Shown in pieces: positions 57,321 through 64,000 of a stretch of DNA of 64,000 nt. This stretch comes from the human T2T-CHM13v2.0 reference genome, Homo sapiens: NCBI RefSeq assembly GCF_009914755.1, contig NC_060938.1; one strand, written 5' to 3'. Under the pieces are notes generated by a model. The model did no database searches. It had not been told where the DNA came from and saw only the letters and a program-made list of their open reading frames with translations. Within the stretch, counting starts at the first letter, position 1, and every line of letters starts with the position of its first letter. A program made the translations under genes and the position numbers.

Positions 57321-59199
57321 AAGGGATGCGAAATGGGCATCTTCCATGTTGAACCGCTGGAGAAATAGGATACATCCAATACATAATTACCTACACAATT
57401 TAGATTATTAATTTAGAATTTAGGAAGACCACGGGCTGGGGGAGCTCCTATAGTGAGAAGGAAAAGTAGAATTTCTAGGTAGAAGGGCATATTAGGAAGG
57501 GAGTTTGGGGACTGGAGGCTGAATTTTGGCCACCTTCTAAAGTGAAATTAAACATGTTAAAAGATGGGAGGAAAGTATGTTTAGGATCAAGGATTTTTGC
57601 CCTTGGCAGATGAGGCAGGGAAAAAGGAAATTTTACTTCTGAGTTGAAGAATGTAGTGGTAGAGTCAGTCTTTTGAGAGCAAGAATCTCTCGTTTCTGGA
57701 GAGGGTGGAGCAGCTGTGAAAGGGAGATATGCAAGGATGCATAGCCAAATATTAATCCAGGGACCTGCATATGCAAACTTCTGAAAAATCCAAGGCAAAG
57801 GGTTGTATGAAACCCACAGGAATAGGAGGAAGACACATTTTTGGTAAGTGTGGAATCAACCTGAACTTTACGGGTTCTGAGCTTCCCACTGAACCTGAAC
57901 CTTTTGGGATTTGAATTTATTTACTCTGGGCAAAATTCACCTTCCCAGTGCTAAAAAAAAAAAAAAAAAAGGCTCCAAAGATTACTGAACACCAACTAGC
58001 TCTTGAGAAACCACACAGGGATGAGTTAAGTGTAAATGAATCACAAACATTCAGATTAAATTTCTCCTCAACTGCACCAGAGTTTAAAGGCCAAGAGAAA
58101 AATGTATTTGAGGCGAAATACATTTTGGCTTTTGCAGAACCTAAAACATTTTTAATGAGCTTGAAGTCCTTCAAATAACTTAAAATTCAATGGAATTCTT
58201 TCTCTCAAATTCAGCATTCAGCGTGGTGACATACATACAGCTGCCTTTCTAGATCTGTTTCACCTTAGAGAAGAAATTGCTTTTGTTTTTTACTAGTAAC
58301 TTCTTGATCCAATGTGATCAAGCACAGCTGAGACAAATGCCAGGACAATGTTTAAATTATTATTCTAGGGGCCTATGATGCAAACTGTAGAACTCAAAAT
58401 TCTATACTCAATGTTGGACAGAAGATTAACAACCCTAAGAGGTAAGACATGAAAATAAAGCAATCTGTTTTTGAAACTTTGTATTTCAAATACTAGGGGG
58501 TCTATAGCAGGAATTTGTGTGTCATTCAGTCACTTGTGGAAGGTTATTGAGTGTGTACTAGGTAGCAGGTACTATTTATGATGTAAAATTATGTTTCTTT
58601 ATCAGTTTGCTTCTTACTCTGAACAAACATATTACGCCACTAAGACCGCTATTATCGCCTCCTCTTTCCTCCTCTTTAAAGTAGCTGACTATGCCCTTTA
58701 AGTCTGTTTTCTTTTGTCTTTTATTTCTCACCTTTTAGCAACTCCCATATCAGCCTGCCTGTCTCAGATATACTATACTTGCAGTCTTCCTCATAATAGA
58801 TGAACATTGAGAAGTTGAAATAGCATTAATTCCTTTACTTCACCAAAACTCCTCTATTTTTTGCCTGGCTACCTCTAACAAACTTCTTTCTGCCCTCTTT
58901 TCGATCTGTTGAGAATAGTATCTAACTAATCTTGGTTTAGTACTCCCTGATGGTCTGACTTGATCTAAGTGTAAAATTTACAATATTTTAATGAAAGTAG
59001 AGATTCTACATCTTTCAGGCAATCATCCATGAATATGATTTCTTGAAACTGAACCTGAGGCAAGTTTTGCATTCAAAGTTACACTCCCTTAGGGCAGACA
59101 GTGCAGAGTCAGTGCTAAATTATGGTTATGTGATGGCCCTCCCAATAAAGCTCACATAATAATTATAATATAGATCTGTATATATCTAACTCTGGCTGA

Positions 59200-59400
59200 A
59201 CACATTTGGTGTCACAGCCACTGTGTGCTACATCTCACAAGGACCCAATAAGATAGACACTATTACTATGTCTATTTTACAAAAAAAGAGTCTGAATTTC
59301 AGAGAAATTAAGGAACCTAAGATGCACCACTAAGAAGTAGCAGAGGCAGTTTCAAGAGGTCTGTAGGGGCTCAGGCCTGACCTGTTCACTAGCACTTCTC
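59200..59400 (-). mobile_element. MIR
   Basis: CTATTTTACAAAAAAAGAGTCTGAATTTCAGAGAAATTAAGGAACCTAAG. Confidence 0.6.
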
Positions 59401-59775
59401 ACTGGATGTAGTAAAGCAAAGAGGAAGGTATTGAAGTTCTTTGGCTGGGGCAAGAATACAAGAGCTAACAGTTTTGTTTTGTTAGCCTTAATTCAGTTAT
59501 GGGGAAGGAATGATACTTCAGGGGAAAAAACCAAAGTTGTTTTTGTTTTTCCAATTAAATTATATTTTATAAGAATTCCTGATGAAACCAGAGGAAAAAA
59601 AATCTTGCTTCTCCTCTCTCCTTCAAACAAATACTGAAAACATTCCTCCTAGTTCCTGACTTGGGGAGGTGGCTTATGTCATTACTATGAGAGTGGCCTG
59701 TAAAAAAACTCAATGACAAATATAGTGGGCTCCTCCTGCTTCAGAACAGACTTCCCTACAGTAGGAGAGACTTAC

Positions 59776-59857
59776 CGCATCCAGTGAAAAAGATCACAGA
59801 TCTTGGATTTTAATCTGGACTTGTGTTTGGAGAAAGAAACCGGAAAAGGGTATGTGA
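59776..59857 (-). other. Candidate 82-nt exon (non-coding or alternative)
   Basis: Minus strand: ttgtattctcctttgtcAG|TCACATACCC...CACTGGATGCG|GTAAGTctc; both splice sites near consensus, unique sequence. Confidence 0.3.
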
Positions 59858-60437
59858 CTGACAAAGGAGAATACAATCGGTGACCCTATTTTCATTGCAC
59901 AAGTCCTGCGAAATTTTCTCTGGGAGCCAAAATCAAGCATTCCTCTCTTCTATTCTTTTTACGGAAGACTCAAAATATTTCATGAATTTCCTCTTCTTTC
60001 CTTTAAACTTCTTCCTTTCTTCTTCCTCTGTCCACCCCTCTATCCCTACCTCACAAAATAGAAGTTTTTTCTCCCCTCAGCCAACAAATTTTCTGGTCAC
60101 CACAACAACAAGCACATTCACAAAGCAAATGAGTAATTTGGAATGTGGCAAGTATCTCATCTGACTCACAGGAAGAAAAAAGAAAAGTTGGCTGCTGCCA
60201 AAATGGAAACACTTTCTGGAAAATTCTTGAAGATATTCCTAAAATCTCAAATGGGCAAGTGAATGTACCCTGAGAAAAAACTTGGAATTTCCCAAAATAT
60301 AAACAAGGTGAATTTTTTAAAAAGTGTTAAGATGATGGAAATAAATATGCTAATGACACTATATAAAGGAACATTTTTTTTCCTCTTCTAATTTCATTTG
60401 CTTTTAATACCTGAGCTTTTGCTTAAGGAGTCCCTGC

Positions 60438-60451
60438 CAAGCAGGGGGCAG
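60438..60451 (+). promoter_or_regulatory. Candidate CTCF binding site
   Basis: CAAGCAGGGGGCAG, 13/14 match to CCASYAGRKGGCRS. Confidence 0.45.
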
Positions 60452-60530
60452 TGGTGGTCCCAGAATTTCTATATAGAAGGTGCTTATGGCAGACTATCTG
60501 GATATTAGGAGAGACTGGAGACTTGAAGAC

Positions 60531-60898
60531 TACATTAGTCAGGGTTCTCCAGAGAAAACAGAACCAATAGAATGGGTAAATATATTGATTAAGAAACTGG
60601 CTCACACAGTTATGGAGGCTGGCAAGTCCAAAATCTGCAGAGACAACATCCCAGATCAAAGGCAGTCAGGCAGAGAGAATTCCCTCTTGCTCAGGGGAGG
60701 GTCAGCCTTTTGTTTTATTCATGCCCTCAACTGATTGGATGAAGTCCACCCACATTAGAGAGGGGAATCTGCATTATGAAATCTACTGATTTAAATGTTC
60801 ATCTCATCCAAAAACACCCTATAGAATCACCCAGAATAAAGTTTAACCACTGGGCACCCTGTAGCCCAGTCAAATTCCACAGAAAGTTAAGCATCACA
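60531..60898 (-). mobile_element. MLT2 (C/D-like) ERVL LTR
   Basis: ATTAGTCAGGGTTCTCCAGAGAAAACAGAACCAATAG...CTCAACTGATTGGATGAAGTCCACCCACATT...TTAAGCATCACA; 5-bp TSD AAGAC/AAGAT. Confidence 0.85.
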
Positions 60899-61017
60899 AA
60901 GATTATCTAGAAGCCCACAGATTTTACTTAGTACACTTATTAGCAGTGCAGGGTCTTACAGAGTGATCTAATGAAGATTATGGTAAAAGAAATAACCCCC
61001 AGACACATGCCAGGCCA

Positions 61018-61578
61018 CGGTAGTGAACACTGCTAGTTGTCCACCCACCATCTATTCCTTTTTCCTTTCTTCCTGACAGACCCTGATTTTGATTAGTTAG
61101 CCACTAATCCTCTGCACAGCCATGTTACTTCTGGGAACACGGTACGGGACTAGGCCCAACCAGTCTAAGATAATACTGTCAGCCTTTTCAGGGATGTTTC
61201 AGGACAAGCACACAACCAAACTCTGGCTAATAAGATGTGAGGAAAAGTCTGCTTTTTAGGAAATTCTAGAAAGTATTTCTTCACTCCTAAGAAAGTCCCA
61301 TTTACCTTGAACACTGACCTCAGTAGATGGGACTCCTGGAACTGCTGCAGCTGTCTTGCTACCAGCCTGAAGTGGCAGCCAGCCCATGGGGGGCTGAAGA
61401 TAGAGATGAAAACAACCTGGGTTCTTCATGACATCATTGAGCCCCTGAAGGAGCACACCCAAGAGACCACCCCACCTCTGGGCTTTCCATAATGTGAAGC
61501 AATAAATCTCCATAGGGTTTAAGCCAGTTGACTCAAGGCTACCTGCTGCCTGAGGCCAAAAATAACGCAAATGATACA
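61018..61578 (+). mobile_element. MLT1J/K-like MaLR LTR
   Basis: CTCTGGCTAATAAGATGTGAGGAAAAGTCTGC, CCTGGAACTGCTGCAGCTGTCTTGC, ACCTGGGTTCTTCATGACATCATTGAGCC, GTTTAAGCCAGT, ending TGATACA. Confidence 0.75.
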
Positions 61579-62150
61579 TCCCCTCTCTTTTGACATATAC
61601 ACTGGTTTAGAGGCCAGAGTAGCTTCAAGATGTCCATCCACAATTCAGAGATAGGAGCCAAAGAGCCATACCTTATGTAAGCCCTAAGACCTGCTCATTC
61701 ATAGAAGACTATTTATGGAATGTTACCCTGCATTTGCATGGAATGCCCATTTTGGTTAAATTTGCTAGAAATGCTCTCCTGCTGACACTGCATCAAAATG
61801 TCAAGAACAAAATATACAATCTTGTTATAGAAACAGGGGCTTACTTTCTCCATCAGTTCCAAGCTAAAATGTTTCCTCATCTTTCTGAGATGTTGATTAT
61901 TCATAAGCCTCAGCTCTATTTAGGAAAATGCAAAAGGCAAGTTAGAGTCAGTGAAAGAGTTGGCTCCTGCACTAAAAGAAAATTAATGCAATGGAGGTGA
62001 CTGGAGTAATGCTTTTGAAAATACCTAGTGATTTTTAAATTTTTTATTTCCACAAAGATGACTTCCCCTTAGTCAGCCTAAGGCATTCTCTTGCTACTGT
62101 AGTAAAGTACAATTGTTTTGTCAGAAAAGTAAGAAGAAATAAAGAATTCA

Positions 62151-62436
62151 GGCCAGGCGCGGTGGCTCACGCCTGTAATCCCAGCACTTTGGAAGACTGA
62201 GGTGAGCAAATCGCCTGAGGTCAGGAGTTCGAAACCAGCCTGGCCAATATGGTGAAACCCCGTCTCTACTAAAATTACAAAAATTAGCCGGGCGGGGTGG
62301 CATGTGCCTGTAATCCCAGCTACTCGGGAGACTGAGGCAGAAGAATAGCTTGCAGCTGGGAGGCGGTGGTTGCAGTGAGCCAAGATCACACCACTACACT
62401 CCAGCCTGGGCGAGACTCTGTCTCAAAAAAAAAAGA
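62151..62436 (+). mobile_element. AluSx-like element
   Basis: GGCCAGGCGCGGTGGCTCACGCC...CCTGAGGTCAGGAGTTCG...CTGTCTC followed by an A tail. Confidence 0.92.
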
Positions 62437-62519
62437 GAATTAATACTCAACTTTTAGTTTTCAGAATAGAATTCCAAAACAAGGCAATAGGTTTGTAAGT
62501 CAGGTTTCATTAAGAGAGG

Positions 62520-63060
62520 CTTTTTAAAATTAATGCTTTATTATAAAATATTTATAACACACAGAAGACATAATGATATCATAAATATCTTTATATCTAT
62601 CCTCCAAAATAAAAAATTATTAATTTTTTCCAGGGCTTCTTTGGACGCTTTTAAATAAAATGTAATAGCTACCTCCCCAAGCCCATTCCTCTCTGCTCTG
62701 GTCAGTGACCCTTCCCCTGAATGTTTGTATTATTTTACTAAATATATATATAGGCACAACAATATATGTTACTATTTGTGTGTCTTTAAATATTACATAA
62801 ATTGTATCATACTGTATATCTTTAAGTTGCTTTAATTCACTAATCATTATCTCTGAGACTAATACAATAGATGACTTAATAGATTAATTGACAGGTGTAG
62901 CTATTGTTCATTCATTTTGTCAGTATTATAACATATTCTATTCATTCTCCTAACTACAGGCAGATTGTGTTTGGTTTTTAATTATTCAAACAATGCTGCA
63001 ATAAATATTTTTGCCTCTTTGTACATATGTGAGGCCAAACTCTAAGGAATTATATCCAGA
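62520..63060 (-). mobile_element. Ancient L1ME/MC 3' fragment
   Basis: ATAAATTGTATCATACTGTATATC, TTCATTCATTTTG, AAACAATGCTGCAATAAATATT. Confidence 0.6.
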
Positions 63061-63244
63061 ACTCTAGATCCAAGTAAAATGTTTAAAGAATTCCACAAGG
63101 ATCAAAGTTTGTGCATTGTGTTTATTGGGGAAATATTTGTGACTAGAGGGTGGTCAGGGAATTTCCAATAATTAAAAATGAACTGCAAGCATCCAGATAT
63201 CATATTTGATAAACATGTTTTGGCACTTTAACATCCTTTGATAT

Positions 63245-63322
63245 TTAGACTGAATCATATGAAATTGCCCAAATTCAACAATTTTGACCTACAAAATGAC
63301 AAATTCCTATGGCATAACTTAC
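63245..63322. mobile_element. MADE2-like mariner MITE (~80 bp, palindromic)
   Basis: TAGACTGAATCATATGAAATTGCC...TTTTGACCTACAAAATGACAAATTCCTATGGCATAACTTA: imperfect terminal inverted repeats around the MADE2 core. Confidence 0.75.
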
Positions 63323-63733
63323 CATCTATCTAAAATGAAAATACCAGTTAATAGGTTATAAACATCTTCAACCCAAATGCCTAAAGCCAAATTTTAAGAG
63401 ATGGTTTTCTAAAATCCTTTTGTGTATCAATAGGCAAGTCCCGAAAAATCGGTTCAACAGCCAAGTCTGAAATATTTGCTTTACAGCCACAAAATGGCTC
63501 AATTCCATAGAGTAGAGAAAATATGTCTTCTATCTATGAAAGGGAAGAAATAGGGCACAAGAAAGAACCTGGAAGTTCCCATGCAGCTGTGTCATCTACT
63601 AAACCAAGCAGATAATGGCTATTTCATTTTAAACCCCCAAGTTTTCACTATTCCCCCAGGCTAAGACATCGTAGATGACTAAAAAAAATTTGGTACACTA
63701 GTCTACTGTCCAGTGATATTTGAGCTTTTGTCT

Positions 63734-64000
63734 TTAATTTCTCGTTTAGAAAAAAAGAAGTGCAGCTCACTCATTGAATTTTACATAAACATGCTCTTTG
63801 AGGCTGAACGAAATCTGACTGATTTTCAATGTGAAAATAAAATATAAAAACTGTTCTTGGAGTTATTTCTAAACAGAACATCAGAATCGTCTAATTAAGA
63901 AAAAATCAAATTCATCAAATGAATCTTCTGCCTATACCTGTTCAAGAACGGTGTTCAACATCACACGTAGGAATGCTATGTTTTCTAGGATTTGACATTT
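63734..64000 (-). mobile_element. MER75 piggyBac-family non-autonomous element, running off the window end
   Basis: TTAA target site, then (T)TTCTCGTTTAGAAAAAAAGAAGTGCAGCTC, GCTCTTTGAGGCTGAA, GGAGTTATTTCTAAACAGAAC, GTAGGAATGCTATGTTTTCTAGGATTTGACATTT. Confidence 0.85.

Overview
Primate, almost certainly human, non-coding genomic DNA: it carries an AluYa5 with all five diagnostic substitutions and a full-length SVA. I see no multi-exon protein-coding gene, rRNA, tRNA or CRISPR array. The six-frame ORFs are repeat read-through or chance ORFs. A large part of the window is interspersed repeat: about 15 Alus, L1PB/L1PA/L1M/HAL1 fragments, L2, MIR, MaLR/ERV LTRs (MSTA, MLT1, MLT2, MER21, LTR16, a MER11 solo LTR) and DNA transposons (Tigger3 split by the SVA, MER75, MADE2, MER94, MER5). 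A repeat-poor block (~12.6-36.6 kb) holds the most interesting signals. These are a 21-nt frame-preserving candidate microexon on the minus strand (26811-26831), a recursive-splice-type AG|GTAAG motif (~30689, minus), a consensus CTCF site, a CpG-enriched regulatory patch next to a G-quadruplex motif, and dense transcription-factor motif clusters. Together they suggest the window lies inside very long introns of a minus-strand gene that I cannot name. I found no evidence for a wholly new biological system. Repeat subfamily names come from recalled consensus sequences, and boundaries of old repeats are approximate.
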